Source: a virus (lineage: Duplodnaviria > Caudoviricetes). From it: 64,000 bases of DNA. The stretch is from IMG/VR virus record IMGVR_UViG_3300021400_000347, positions 68,917 to 132,916 of that record; one strand, written 5' to 3'. Positions within the stretch are counted from its first letter, which is position 1, and each line of letters starts with the position of its first letter. Shown one piece after another: positions 1 to 14,636 of the stretch. The position numbers and the translations under genes are program-made. The notes below the pieces were generated by a model. That model was not told the DNA's origin. It saw nothing but the letters and a program-made list of their open reading frames with translations, and searched no databases.

Positions 1-3000
1 CGCCCAATCTTTTAGACTATTAGCATCTACATTACTTAAAGTTCCTGCTAAACCATTGTTAATTAAATCAACAAGTTTCTATAAGAAAGAAGACACTGAA
101 TCCGCGAGCTCCGCCAGCTCACTGCTAATTAATTTATTTTTATCCTTAGCAAGCATAGCTAACTGAGTAACTATGGTAGGAATATTTGCTCCTTCGCTAA
201 TTGTTAAAATTCCATTTTCAATTGTCGCGCCAGTACCAAATAACCATGCCTGTATTTCATTTTCAGCCATTCCAAGTGTCTCAGTTAAATACGTTACATT
301 AATTTTATCGCCGGCTTTAGCTTCTCCAATGGCTTTAATTTCCTCAGTAATTTTTTTACCAACTTTACGATCTAATTCAATTAATGAGTCATTATAGGAA
401 TTGAAAGCATCTAAAACCGCTTCATTACTTGTATTTCCAAGACCAGGCACCTTACTAGAAAAAGTTTTCCAATCTTTTATACGAATTTTTCCATTTCCTA
501 ATGATTCAAGACCATATCCAACAGCATCGGCTATAACATCTTCTAACTTTATACCATAGTTTGCTAATAATTGGCCTAAAGTCTTATAATCCATACCGTC
601 AGCATTACCAAGAGCGTCTATAGCATCAATATTCTTTTGATCAATGGCAGTTAAAAGATCAGCATACGCATCATTAAGTTCAGCTGTAGTTGCTATGGCT
701 GCGTCTTCCATAGATTTGTATATCATAGCATAAGCTTCAACCATATTTCCGACAGCTTCCACAACGGCAGTACCATCGCCTAACTTCTTTATCTGGAATC
801 CTTTTTCTGTAAGTTTATCAAATATTCTAACTAAATCACCACTAATAATAGATCCAACAGTTACTTCGGCAAGTTGCTCCGCCGCTGTTTGTAACCTATT
901 AACTCGTGCACGATATACCGCCTCAATTTCATCTGAACTTACATTTTCCGCGCCCTTGATTTTTATTAATTGATCAACAGCGTCCTAACCACCATTAAGT
1001 AACGTCTTAATAATATCTGTATTAAACTCTTCTTGAGCAATTAGAGCCCATTTCTTTAACTGTCTAATTAATGTCTACGCTGCTTTTCCTTCATTAGAAA
1101 TATCAGAGCCAGTTATAAATCCAACAATATCAATTTCTTGACCAATCAATTGTTGCGCCTAACTTTGTAAATACTTAGTAATATATTCATTAGAATAACC
1201 TAATTTCTCTAGCTATTCGCGTTCGCTATCAATATACAACTATAACATATTATCTCTAATCACATAACTCTAAAGAAGATCGTCATAGTAAAATAAATCA
1301 TTTGTAGAACGAAGTAATGTATCAGAGCTAATTTTATTATAGCGCTAAGTAAACTTCTCCATTTCAGCAACGCTGTTTGTTCCAGATATACCAAGCTATA
1401 AATTACTATTAAAAGCATTTAATGCGGCATCCTAAGCCTCGGCAATACTAGTAGCAACACTATTATAGATTGTATCAGCAGTGTTTTGAGAAATAATTCC
1501 TTTGTTCACGGCGCCTGTCAACTGCTATCTTAATGCACTTGGATCTAGTATTCCTTTGTCTAAAACATCGTTAATAGAAATTCCAATCGCGGATAATGAA
1601 GCATTTAATCCATCATAAAATTCTTGTTGTTCTAAATCAGTAGCACTACCATCAATAATACTATCCCAATTTAATTGACTAATTTTAGCAATAACAGCAG
1701 AAGTAGCATTATTCATTGCTTCATCAATTTCATGCTGTTGTTCTGGTGTTGCTTTTCCGTTTGGACCGACAATTTTATTTGTTAAATAATCCTAATAGGC
1801 ATCAAGCTTTAATATATAGGCATCGCCAACTTTAATAAAGAAGCTTTCACTTAAATCATTTAGATTTAATCCACCATTCTCAGCTAAATTAGCAATATCA
1901 CTATCTGATAGATTAAGAATGTTATCACTAATTCCGGTCCAAGCAGTTTGCGCGCGATTAATAACTTCTTGTGCAGTTTTCCAATTCTTAGCTAAATCTT
2001 GTTTAGTCCAGCCGTACTGTTCATATAACTATTTCTCATCTTTAATAGTAGATAAATTTAATATAAAATCAGAAGCCCAATGAGCATACTCTACAGCATC
2101 AGTAATTGTTAAAATACCATTCTCAAGAGTAGCTCCGCTAAGTTCAGCACCTTCTTCTAACTCAAAAGCACTTACATTTAATTGAGCGAATGGCTCAATT
2201 TGACTAAATAAATTATTTGCACTCTTATTTAAATATTCTGTATTGGCTGTAGCATCTTCAATTAAGCCGTCCACATAAGAAGAATATGCATTTCTATACT
2301 CAAATGTATCTTCAATAGAAGAAAAATCTACTCCATAAGTCTTTGTAAGCACAGACTTAAATACATCCCAATTGGTAATTTTAGTTTTACCAAACGCATC
2401 TGTTTCAACAGCATTCTCTAGCCCTTCCTTCCAAGTACCAGTTCTAGCATCGAATACTTGCGCTAATTCAATATCCAATGCTGTAAATAGATTATTAAGG
2501 CCATCTATACCTAAAGATGCACCATTACTTAATCCCTCAACAATAGCGTTATTATCTTCGTATTTTTTGGTTAGAATTTCAGTATAAGCTTTATTTCGTT
2601 CGGCATTATTTAATAGCCCATCTTTGGCCGTTTCGTATAAAGTAATTGCTGTATCTACATAATTTGCTGTAGCCGTAGCAGCTGCTTGTTCCGCGGTCTA
2701 AGCCTATTGAACTTGCTGCATTAAAACAACTGTTGGCTCACTATATGCTGTTTCGGTTCCAGCAAGCACTTCCGTAATAGCAGTAGCAACTTGCTTAGAT
2801 CTTGCTTGCGTTGTTGAATTGACAGCAGCGGCTTGAGCAGCGGCTTTTGCTTCTTCCGGAGCGTCAGCATATGCCTACTCCAAATATTTTTCTCGGACTG
2901 ACTACCAAGTGTACCCTTCTTCCATACCCAATTCTTTGGCTAACTAATCAATATATTGCTAATTAGCGCCAGTAAAATCAGTGCCAGTTGCTAAAGCATC

Positions 3001-6000
3001 CCAGTCAATTGCTGCATAATATTGATTTTTCTTATTTGCTTTTAAATTATTTAAAATTTCTTCGCTTAAATTTAATCCTTTTAAGCCATCAGCATAATAC
3101 TATTCTACAAATTCTATAAAATGCGCCCAACTTTGATCTACTTCGTTTCCAAAAGCTGTAAATAAATCATCATATTTACTCTTGTCTTCATCACTTATCT
3201 CAAAAATCTAATAAGCCTGCTCTTTAGTCCATTTTCCAGCAACTTTTGCCCATGCTGTTCTCTAAACTCCAATTTTTCCATTATCTTGTATACCAAACTT
3301 CTTCGCATAATCATTATATAATTTAGTTGACTATTCAATATGTTCCTATCTATCCGCTATATTTTTATCATATTGTTCCATGGCTTTTGCCAAGCCTTCT
3401 GGTGTATAAACCCACTTCTATAATTTAGCATCAAAATCAAAAGTTTCATCAAAACTTAATTTACTACCCGCCGCGCTGAGCTATTCAAATGCTTCAATAG
3501 CTTTATCAAAACTAAACCCACTTTTCGCAGAGCTCAATAAACTATCTACTTTTTTCGCGCTTTCTCCAGCCTCTTTTGCTAATTCATTCGCTAAAGTATT
3601 AGTATTTACTACAAGATCTCTAATACTTTGATCAAATAAATCAGTTATTCCTTTTACATCTACTTTATTTTTTTTACCGTATTCTTCAACAGCACGTTTT
3701 CCTTTTACAACCGAAGCATAATCAGAAAGATCTACATTAGAAATAATACCAAATAATTCATTCTGCTACGTTGATGTAAAATTACTTAAACCATCTAATA
3801 ATTGTGTTAAAATATTTAATCTATGCTAAGCAACATTTTCATAACCATTTTCTGCCAAACCATTAATTTTTAATAGTTCATCTTTTACGAAGTCACCATA
3901 TTTAGATATTATTTGATCATTTTGAAAAAGTTGTCCAATCTCTTTTACCTGATCGCTATTATTCTGCATTAATGATTTAAGTGCTTGATCATTTAATATC
4001 CCCTTATCAATATCTGTCCATATTAATTCTAATACTTTCTTTTTTTGTGTTGCAATACTTTCTTTCCATTGCGCTTCTAATGCAGGTTTAATATATTCAG
4101 TCTCATCACCGGTTAAACCTAATTTAGTAATAATATCTTCTACATTCGTATATTCCGTAAAATTTAAATTCTCTAATAACGTTTTCTAAGAATCAGTTAA
4201 TTTAGAATACCAAGCAATAAACTCATTAGACCATTTACCTATTGTATCATTGTATTCTTCAGGAGCTTTTTGAGCCCACTCTGATACACTGTCATAATCC
4301 TCATTATTATAAGCACCATTCTATAAAACATGCTTAAATAACGAACTATATGAATTATTCTTCTATAAACGAGCTCTCTAATCTGTACTTAAAGATGACG
4401 ATAAATTTGCATTTTCATATAATGCAATCTAACTAATTACAATATCATCTTGTAAACTTAATGCATCCATTAACTATTGATTTTCAGCTAATTTACCTTC
4501 AACAATTTTTTTAGCCTACTTTATATCAGATTCAGAAATTTTTTCTGTTTTATTTGGCTTTTTTAATAAATCATAAATGTCATTAGCATTATCAAATAAA
4601 TCAGGAAATTCATGTAAAATTGAATTAATCTAATCTAATGAGTATGACCATTCTACAGGTTCTGCACCGAGATCATTCATCCTAAGTACATCTTCTTTAT
4701 ACTTTGTCCAATCAATATCTTTAGCAGACTATCCTGAACTAGGCGCCTCATAAGCATCTGATTCTATAAATTCTATAGTTTTTATAATTTCATCCCAAGT
4801 AAGAGGTTGCTCGTCATAATCTCTGGTTTCACTTTCTTCTGGATGCTTCTACATATAAGCATCAAGTAATGCCTGATCATAAAGAATTTGATTTGTCTAA
4901 TCTCTATCTCTTTTAGAAGATATAACATATTGAACGCGACCGTCGTTTTGTACTGCACGAGTAGTATAACTAGCACCGTAGGTAGATATAACACCAGTCC
5001 CAATATTGCCATTGCCAGCTTTTTCTTGTTTGTCTATCGCTCCTCTAGCTTTCAATAAGGCTTCTCGCTCTTTCTATCTTAATTGTAGTTCTTTTTCTAT
5101 AGCCTATCTAGCACTTCTGGCACCATCTAACCGTGCCTATGCCAAAGCTTCTTCAGCTTTCTATAAATCAATTATAGCATTACCAGCTTCATCATATGAA
5201 CCAATCAGACTAGGATATTCCTCTGCCATCGCTGCCATTGCATCTTTATAATTCTTCATATCTTCTTCAGAATTATACATAACTTTTTGCAGAGCTTTTA
5301 AATTTTCAATAGAAGAATCTAGACCAGTAACTTTAGCTTGTTTTTTTAAACTTTCGTTCTTCGCTTCTTCTGTTTCGTCCCTCAGCATATCAATCTATTC
5401 TGATAGCTTAACTTCCAATCCATCAAGAATTGCACCTAGGCCACCTATTAAGAAGCCACCAATTGCACCTGCTGCCATACCCCAAGGGCCCAATGCGCTT
5501 AATGCCATTGCTCCAGTACCAGCCATAGAAAAACCATTGCCAATACCAGTTAATATTTTAGATTTTTCATGCTTATCTGAACTTTTATCTTTCGTAGAAG
5601 CTCCTACCGCGGCAATAATAGGACCGGCAATATTAGCTACCATAGCTCCAATTCCTAAACCAGTAGCCCATTTCTCTGACGCGCTCTTTCCTTGTCCTCC
5701 TGCTCCGGCTCCTTTCGCGCCTGCTGCCTTTGAAGAACTGTTCGCTTCTGCTTCATCTGCTGCTGCCGCTTTTAAGGATGCTTGCGCTTCAGCATCATTA
5801 GCGTTTTTCTTATTATATTCAGAATTTGCACTAATACGATTGCTATTAGCTAATACTTCATTGGACTATGCTACCCCATACGCTGTGCTTGCTTCTTGCT
5901 ACTTTGCCTATGCACTTGCTACTGCCGCATTGGCCTCTTCTAATCTTGCTCGTGCTGTAATTGCTTTATCCGCTAATAATTCAGCATCTCCCTAACGATT

Positions 6001-9000
6001 TGCTAATGCATGGGCTGCTGCCGCCTAAGCCGCATCATAAGATGCCTACGCCTCCGCCGCTTCGGCCTGAGCACTTCGAACAGCAGCATTCGCGGCTTCA
6101 AGATTTGAAGTCGCAGCCCTGCCTGCAGAACTCTCTAAATCAGTAAGCCCCATTCCTAAAGTTCGAACCGGGCCAGTAGCATCATTCAAATTCTCAGAAA
6201 AAGTACTTGTTGCCGCAGAGAAGTCTGCTAGCATTTCGTCCATAATACCGCCAAATGAAGTCTCAGTATCAATATCTAAAGACTCCATAAAAGACTTGCG
6301 ACCAGATTCATCACCCAACTTTCCTAAACCATTGACCAACGCAGTATTGGCATCCTCATCTGACATACCAGTCATTCTTAGCATACCAACGAGTGCGCCT
6401 TTATTACCCGCGTTATCCGCAAGTGCCTATGAAGCAGTATTTGGTAAGGTCTAATCATCTGTTTTCACATGGACTTCTTTAGTTATCGGCTCTGCTGCTT
6501 TGTTATTCAATTCTTCAACTTTCTTTAATGCTTTATCTGTATTTACATCAACTTGTTTCTTATTATTCCGCAGTTCTCGTATTCTATCCATAGCTTTGGA
6601 TAAATACTAAACACCGCTCTTCAAACCTTTACCAAAACCAAAGATACTCATTAAAGAAGGAAGCAGCCCCTTCAATACTCCTAGTTTTCCAACTGTTTTT
6701 AAAATATTAGTAAAAAAGTCATAAACGCCTTTTAAAGCATCTTCAATATGAAAACTTAAATACAGCTATGACCAAGCATTTTTTAATTGCTATGTTTTAG
6801 TCTCTAAAGAATCCATTGTTTTTGCTACTTGTACGATGCTGGCATTTTCAGAGTTGTTAGCAGTATCCATAGCTCTTGATAGCTCTTCATAGTTAGATAC
6901 CAAAGCAATAAAACGAGATTGCTGTCTGTTACCAGCCATAACTGTAGCGATATAACGCTATGTATTTTTATCTAATGTATTCCATTTCTATGCCAACTCC
7001 ATAATGACGTCATCAAAATTACGGAATTGACCAGACGCATCTTTAATAGAAATACCAACTGACTTTAATGCTTCATCAGTTTTATTATAAGATACTTCTT
7101 CTCCTTCAACATTCATCAATGAATCAGGAGAGGCTTTCATTTCACCATATCTTGAAATAATAGACTTCAACGCGCTACCAATGTTCTATGCAGACTCTCG
7201 TGTGGTTTGCTCCATAACGCTGATAAATGCAGATGTACTCTGTAGAGTCATGCCTACAGAAGCAGCAGACGAAGCTGTTTTTTCCATAGCGTTAGCGATT
7301 TCAGCAGAGCTTACAGCAAACTTTGCTGCCAAAGCACTATATGTGTCCGTGACTTGCTGTGCGTCTGTCATCTCAATCTTAAACGCACGCACAGCTACTG
7401 TCATAGCATTAGCGGCTGATGAATAATCAATACCAGCAATCTTTGCCATCTTTAAAGTCTCTGCAGTCAGTGACATTACCTATGCAGTTTGTAGACCTTG
7501 CTGATAGAAAATCTATGATACTGTATATACATCTTTAGTAGCAACACCGTACTACTAAGCCATGTTTGTATATTCGCCAATTTTATCCCATAAATCAGAT
7601 TGAGACATATTAGTAACTACGGCGATAGCTGTAATAGTCTTATCCAATTCTTTTACTTCGCCAATCATATTACGAATAGCGCTGGTAGCTTTATTAATCA
7701 AGGCATAGGCACCAAACCATCTTTGAACAAAACCAGACATGCTATTTAATGTCTGAGTCTACTTGCTCATACCTTGTAATTCATTTTTAGCTTTATTAGC
7801 ATCCTTTTCAGTCTCTTCTAGATTTTTATTTAATTGCTCTACCTAATTAACACCAATTGACTATACTTCCTATTGAATAGGCTGAGCAGCATTAGCCAAC
7901 TAGCGCTTCTAATCGTTTAAAGACTGCTACGTTGTAGTAATCTCTTGCTGATGAGAGCTAGTCATCGTAGCAAACTGAGCTGACGCGCTTCTTACGGTTT
8001 CACGTTTTTCCTTCGCTTTTTCTAGCGATCCAGATATCTCTGTAGCATTTTCAGAAGCCTCTTCAATTTTACTTGCTAAACTAGCTTGCCCTTCTTCAGC
8101 AGCTTTTTTAGCTCTTTCATAAATCTACTTAATAATTTCTGCAAGCTTATCGAGATCTCCGCTAGAATAAGCAGTAGTTATTTCATCTAACTCTTTCTTT
8201 GTTGCTTCAGGAGAAATTAGCTCCATTAATCTATTATATGTTCGCTCAGTATCTCCTAAAATAAAATTAGACATCTACCGTGCGGAAGTATTTCGATTAA
8301 ATCCTAAAGCGTCGCCTAAAAGCTTACTTTTATTTAAATGTAAACTACGCCCTGTCTTTCCAGTAGCGATAGAGAAAATTTCTGTAATCTATTGCTCAAA
8401 ATCAGAAGCTAACTATCCTTTATCATCTAAAGTAAAGGCAGTTCTAATTCTATTCTTTAGATCTTCCGCAGCCTGCTATAAAGCAGGATTATCTCCAAGC
8501 CCTTTAGTTGCCTCAGTAATATTCTAAATTAAAGTATCGGCAACCTGCTGCGCGCGCTCCTCTGATGGCTTTAAACCTTCTAATAAACCATCTAAGCCTC
8601 CGCCTTTTTCAACAATAGCAGGTGTTTTCATCTCACTTTGCTGTTGTTGTAAATCAGCGAGCGTCTACTAAGCTTGGCGTAATTTCTCTTCATATCCCTG
8701 AACCTCATTAGTCGCACTCTGGAACATATTTCCAAGTTTTGTTCCAGCCGCGGAAACACTGAGTGTTTGAATATTTAATCCTAAACTTTCTAGCGTAGAA
8801 GAAAATTCAGCAAAATCACCCTTAGATAGTAGATCAGATAGTTTCATACCTTTGAGCTAAGTCAAATGTTGCTGAGTAGCTTCAATAGATGCCTATAGCT
8901 AATCTGTCTATTGACGTATACTATCTAAATTAATATCTTTTATTGAAACGCCACTAAGAGTTTGACCAATACTTACTCCTAAGCTGTCAATTTTCTCCAG

Positions 9001-9234
9001 CGCGGTCATAAATTTCTAAAGTTCACCTTCAGAATAAAAGCTAGGTGTGCTGTCTTTACTCATAGACGCTACTTTACGCTTATATTCTTCTAGCATTCTG
9101 CCTAAAGATTTACCAATAGAACTACTCGGGTCAATATTCCCCATAGCCTTCTAAAAATCTTTTATGCTATTCTACCAACCAGTTATTCGCGCATTAATGT
9201 CCATAGTAATAGAGTTTCCACTTGAACCACTCAT
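1..9234 (-). CDS. Tail tape measure protein (>3,070 aa, runs off window start), TAG read as Gln
   Basis: ATG at 9234 after GAGGTG RBS. ORF-track fragments 7555-7740, 7186-7476, 6988-7170, 6046-6384, 5395-5643, 5161-5388, 2029-2478, 1525-1716 and 79-762 are all in this frame, and the ends I checked are TAG. Tape-measure core (FAVSSAEIANAMEKTAS; IATVMAGNRQQSRFIALV) and Ala/Gly-rich hydrophobic segment. Confidence 0.9.
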
Positions 9235-9303
9235 GATTACCACCTCTCCATTTACTCATTTTACCTATAAAAAAAAGGGCCATTTCCTGTTTAAGGAAAT
9301 GGC

Positions 9304-10254
9304 TCAAAAGTCCTCGTCTTCAACCTAGTCAAGACGAGTGATCTCCAAAATCATATCTCTCTTCCCAGTTTCATTAACTGGTAATCCAAGAATATTAAAC
9401 ACAGATACCGTAGGATTAGCCTTTTCCCCCAAGCGCAAGTTAATATCGCTCAAAATTCTAACTTTTGGCATATACAACAAATTAATGTAATTCTTGCCAT
9501 CGTTCTCATCCTTGGAGTAGAACTTACCCTCAAGGGTGAATAATCCATTAAATCTATCGCGCGAAAGCGTGTATACTAACGGAGCTTCGGCTCCCTAACG
9601 GCTTTCTTTGCTATATTTATAGTAGTAATCTGCTACGCAATATTCATAATTATCTTCTAATAGCGAAGTTAAATTTTTATCATTATATAATACAAGTAAT
9701 GTCTCTGTCTCATCATGCGCGTTAGTTACAAATTTGCCATATAACTTAACCTAGATATTATCACGCGCGAAAGCCAAAAGAAAGACCTTGTACTATGGAA
9801 GCCTAATTTCTGGCTAATGAGATAGCTAAATAAAATTAAAATATTCTTCCGGTTCATTCTTGCTCTCTGTGTAATCCCTTAAGGTACACATTGACTTCTA
9901 AATAATTAGCTATTCATGATGTGGAAGTAATAAATAATCATCTTCCTTCGCTGTCTCACAGTGAGAGACGGCGTTCGCGCTTAATAAAATACTCATCCCT
10001 ACTGATGACATAACTCCTTCCTATAAAGTGAAAGTAACATCATCGCGGCTGTCCCAGACAACACGAGGCCGGTTTTCCCAACCTCCGCGCGCGGAAACCA
10101 ATGAATTTCTCTCATTAAGCGTAGACATACTTACATTCTCAAAATATAAAATAGGCTCTCCTGCTTCCACTCGCCGCGAACCAAACCACATATCGGTTCG
10201 CGCGCGAAGGGTAACCTGCGAAAGTTCTTTTAATCCAAAATACTAATTAAGCAT
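9304..10254 (-). CDS. Tail-tube-like paralog (TAG-recoded)
   Basis: ATG 10254 to TGA 9304 with internal TAGs. N-terminus FGLKEL...ARGGWENRPRVVWD parallels YGIKEV...ATGGWGNPKLVSWD of the adjacent major tail protein. Confidence 0.6.
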
Positions 10255-10274
10255 TTCGCATCACCTAAAAAAAT

Positions 10275-10307
10275 AAAGGGGCAGCAGCTTAATGCTGCTG
10301 CCCTTTA
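10275..10307 (-). terminator. Intrinsic terminator after major tail gene
   Basis: GGGCAGCAGC-TTAAT-GCTGCTGCCC imperfect hairpin followed by a T-tract on the minus strand. Confidence 0.7.
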
Positions 10308-10316
10308 TTGATTAAC

Positions 10317-11294
10317 TTATAGTGAGCCAGAACCTACGGAACCGTGGTCATCCTCACTAGTGCTGCCGCTGCTGCTAGCAATAGCATAACGGACTAGCTT
10401 CATCATTTCATTCTCGCCGCGCTCATTAGTGCCGCGTAGAACGTTTAGAGTCATCTCGAAGGTTGAAGGATCGCCCTCAGCCTCTAGAGTGATGGTTACC
10501 TCGCTGGTTACCTTGGCCTTATTAATTACGAACTGGAAGGGCTCGTCCTTACCAGTCTCAGCAGAACGCATGAATGTATCGCCTACTACCTTGTAAGTGC
10601 CAGGGAAGGTATCAGGAGAAATAGTTACTTCAATAGCAGTCTCAGAACCAGTCTCGTTTTCAATAACCTCTTCCCAGAAAATACGAACATGGTCGCCAGC
10701 CTTGGTCTCTACTGCGGCTGGAGAACTAGAATTTTGAGAATCCATACCAATTAGAGCAGGATTTACGAAATTAATTTTCTTAGTACCATCTAGAGTTACG
10801 TCTGCATTGCTATTCTTCTCAAAAGTTAACTGAGTGCGAGCACCGGTAGTTAAATTAATGAGACGAATAGGATGACCCTTCTTAGCGACTGGATGTAATT
10901 CTACACCAGTTAAATGGTCCTTTGGTAGAGGTAGAAGACCATTAGCGTCACATACAACTTCCTCAGTATGACGAACAATTACAGGCTCCTTAGCACTAGC
11001 CTTATGAATAGCGCCACCAAGCATAAACCGTAGAGACTCGAGAGAAATTAGAGCGTCCTCTAGAGTGATGGTAATCTCCTTACCATAGTCCCAAGATACT
11101 AGCTTAGGATTGCCCCAACCACCAGTAGCGTCAGTGGTTTCAGCAGTAGTTTCAATAGTAGATACCTTTAGAGTATCAAGGAATAGCACGATGTCGCCCT
11201 TGTACACACCAGCCTTTAGATCGTCGTCTAGAGCCTCAAAATATACGTTGGCAACCTCTTTAATGCCATATTTATCAAAAATATTTACAGCCAT
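10317..11294 (-). CDS. Major tail (tube) protein
   Basis: 325-aa ORF with strong RBS (AAGGAGG), position upstream of tape measure, downstream terminator, beta-rich composition, no in-frame TAG. Confidence 0.7.
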   Translation of the reverse strand: MAVNIFDKYGIKEVANVYFEALDDDLKAGVYKGDIVLFLDTLKVSTIETTAETTDATGGWGNPKLVSWDYGKEITITLEDALISLESLRFMLGGAIHKASAKEPVIVRHTEEVVCDANGLLPLPKDHLTGVELHPVAKKGHPIRLINLTTGARTQLTFEKNSNADVTLDGTKKINFVNPALIGMDSQNSSSPAAVETKAGDHVRIFWEEVIENETGSETAIEVTISPDTFPGTYKVVGDTFMRSAETGKDEPFQFVINKAKVTSEVTITLEAEGDPSTFEMTLNVLRGTNERGENEMMKLVRYAIASSSGSTSEDDHGSVGSGSL

Positions 11295-11327
11295 GTTGAG
11301 TTACCTCCTTTTATAAAACATGTTTTA

Positions 11328-12098
11328 TTAGTCAGAACTAGCAATGGAGCGCATCCAATGCTTAAGCTGTTCTTTCTTAATCTTTGCGCCGGCCATGGCA
11401 GCCCTATTATTTAGGTCAAACTAATCTCGCCATCCCATGCGCGTTATCTAATCTTGAAAGGCGTAATAGGTAATATCCCAAATATTTGCCATATTTAATC
11501 CGCAATTATTAATAGTGATACTTCCTAATAAATCAGAAAATTTTAAACCGCTTTTATCGCGTTCAGCCTTCTTCGCCTTTGCTCTGCGTACCTTTTCACG
11601 ATTAGCTTTCATCTGCATTTTCAACCTTTTAACTGCAGGTGAATCGTCAGGATTTATTATAATTTCATCGGCATCGCGGTCCATAAAACACATTTTCCGC
11701 AGGATACGCTGAAATTCAATAAATTTACTTTCATCCATAATGTGTTTTTCTTCCACTGGCCCAACGACAATCTGCGCAGGTTCCAAAGAAAAATTTATAT
11801 CCTCATGAATGAAAAATCTAAATGCTTTCTTTGCTAATAGATTAGTTGGGGCATCCATACTAGTCATCAGCAAGAAATACTAAAAATCTGTAATTTTTTC
11901 TAATAACTGTTCCATCTCTTCATTTTTGCCTGTTGGCGCAGGCTTTTCTGCGGTCAATAGTGAAAGATAGATTTGAAAATTATCATAACCTTCTGATACA
12001 ATTTGACCAAGCTTTGGAGAGTAAATCGCGCAGATGTCATAAAATAAAATTGGTGCCCCAGATAAAAACTTTAAAGTTTCATTATCAGTTAAATTCAT
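11328..12098 (-). CDS. Virion morphogenesis protein (TAG-recoded), function unknown
   Basis: ATG 12098 to TAA 11328 joins track fragments 11880-12128 and 11448-11873 in one frame through TAGs. Confidence 0.6.
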
Positions 12099-12660
12099 GA
12101 ATCTAATACCACATAGAATAACCACCAATCTAAGGTGACAAAGTTAAAGCGGATGCGCGCACGAACTATAATGTTCCAATGCCACTAATTTGCGCTTCAT
12201 TGAACATTTTGTCTAATTCTTGCATAATCAAATATGGCCGCAACGAACGTGAGTTAGTGTTATTCCACTTTATAATATCATCATAACTACTATCGTCTAC
12301 TGGTGGAATAATTTTACTTCCATCTATTACCCACTCATCATATGGGCAGGCAATATCAAAACGAATTGTAGACACCTTAAACTCGGGGTTAATCTAATTT
12401 ACAATAAAATCATTGAATAAAACTGTAATGTATGACATCTTTTCTACGCTATCATCATAGATTTTAGGAACAATTAATATCTATTTATGTAACAAGTCCA
12501 TGCCATCTATATCTTCATATTTTTCAGTATTAAATGGATCACGAACCTGATATTTAAGTAGTCGACAGATATTTTGATTATTCATAATTCTAAGCGCTAT
12601 TTTGAACATATTATTGCCCATAACAGCAAAACGGCGTTGTCCAGCAATTTCTTTACTCAT
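12085..12660 (-). CDS. Putative tail completion/terminator protein (TAG-recoded)
   Basis: ATG 12660 to TGA 12085, includes fragment 12166-12375. Function inferred from position only. Confidence 0.5.
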
Positions 12661-12672
12661 TTAGATCTCCCC

Positions 12673-13923
12673 TTATGTCCATAGAGAACGGATTTCAATT
12701 TCTTTTTCAATGATTTGTCCATTTACTGATGCTTGTAAAATAAACGTACTAGACTTATTACGCTTCTTAACAGTAACCTTAGCTGAATTATCTTCTTTAT
12801 TAACCTCTAAAACAAGGTACTTATCATCTTCAGGATCTGTATTTGGAGCAATATTCCATGTATATGAAGCGCCTAACTCATAATCTTTTAAAGTATAAAT
12901 TGCATACCAACCCTCACGAATATAATCGTTACCAACAATCACTGGTGTACGTGCTATATTTGCGCCTTGTTCTACAATAGTACAAGTAAAAGAATTAGTT
13001 TCACTATTAATTATTGCGGTAGGATAATTCTTAAAATTCACAGTCACTTTAACAGTGCCTGGATGTTTAGCAATTAATCCGCCATCAGTAGTATCTAAAT
13101 ACCACGTATCAGCAATATCATAATTAAACTCATAAGAAGCATCGCGCTCAAATACTACATTATTCTTCATGACAATAATGTCTGGAGTAAAAGTCATACC
13201 AACTGCAATTTCAGTTGGGGCTTTAATAATAAATGAATATTGCGCTTCTTTATCAGTATCAGCAAGTGGTTCATCTAAATCATCATAAATGAAATTTACT
13301 TTATTCTCTGTCAAAGACATATAAATAGTTCCTGGCACACTAGAAAAATCTGCTTCAATCATATTCCAAGACTCATTCTATACAATAAAATTTGTAGAAC
13401 GATCTACTGGATAATACGGCATAACAATTTCTGCATATTTATTAGGTTGAGGAGTAATTAAGTTATGCCATGTTCTATAATTACCCTTAACTTTACTATC
13501 TACTGAACTGACGAAATAGGCCCACGACTATTGCCTATGTCCCTATCCATCAATCCACTTAAGCAAGTAATTACACCTAACAATGAAAAATGTTCTATAA
13601 GTGCCATTTACTTTCTTTTCTTCTTGCAGTAGCAACCATTTCTCGATTGAGCCGTCATCAATCGTCCAATTCATAATATCTCCGACTTTTAAAGGAATAT
13701 CGTTAGCTACATTTAAATACATATCTTTACGATATTCTTTATCAACTTTTGTTAGGATAATTCCATCAAAATGTATTCCTCGTTCAACAGATAACTCTCG
13801 AACGGTATGAGGCGATTCTGCCATCCATTTATAAAAAGAGCGAATCCCGCCCTCGCGAATACGTTCAGCGGTCGTTTCACCCAGATGGTTCACGCGCGCG
13901 AAAAATACATCACGATAACTCAT
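12673..13923 (-). CDS. Putative head closure protein with C-terminal Ig-like domains (TAG-recoded)
   Basis: Fragments 13543-13944 and 12673-13362 are in frame across TAGs. C-terminus is beta-rich (GTVKVTV, TFILQASVNG). Confidence 0.55.
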
Positions 13924-14185
13924 GTGGCTCTTCAAGGCCTCCAACTAAATTCATACACTCAAAAATTGTTTTACGAAAATACTCATAAGACAAGTGTCGT
14001 AATGAATTTAGTTTGCCAATAATTGCCCAGTAATTTATTGAATTCGCGCCCAAACCTTCCAATTCAATTATAATTGAATCCAAGAATTTTTCCCATTCAC
14101 CGTCTTTTTCTTTCTCGCAAAGCAAACCATATAATCGGCCCTTCAATTTATTTATATAGCCTTCAAAAGTTTCGTCATACGACAT
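13910..14185 (-). CDS. Hypothetical virion-module protein
   Basis: MSYDETFEGY... ORF overlapping its neighbours within the operon. Confidence 0.6.
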   Translation of the reverse strand: MSYDETFEGYINKLKGRLYGLLCEKEKDGEWEKFLDSIIIELEGLGANSINYWAIIGKLNSLRHLSYEYFRKTIFECMNLVGGLEEPHELS

Positions 14186-14636
14186 TCTTTTTTCCTGCCA
14201 ATTTCTTAAATAAATCTGCGGGATTCTTATTCCTAGACCGATCATAAATTCCCTCGGCCTTATGTACTTCAAGAGCAACCGCGGCCTCGAGTTTATTTAA
14301 TTTATCTAAATGATTTGCTTGAGAGAAATCCTTATCTGCATATAATTGACGAATATTTTCCCAACTGGCAATACATCTTTTTATCCATTCATGCTTCATA
14401 TATAAAGCGAGAAGCTGAATTTCATCATTTGTTAAGTCACCAACGAATTGCCATCCATCCTGGTCGCTGCCCTACACAGTAAGGTCTACGCGAGGATATT
14501 TAAAACGGAATACAGCCATCTTTAAAAGCTCTTGCCAATCCCGCTCTACAATTGCAAGCTCTTCTTCAAGAGTCCATTCGTCTGCGGTTATTCTAGCTAA
14601 AAAAGCATCATAAATTGATAAAAATTGAGTAGCCAT
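14175..14636 (-). CDS. Putative head-tail adaptor (one in-frame TAG)
   Basis: ATG 14636 overlaps the upstream stop and is in frame with fragment 14175-14399. Helical protein downstream of capsid. Confidence 0.55.
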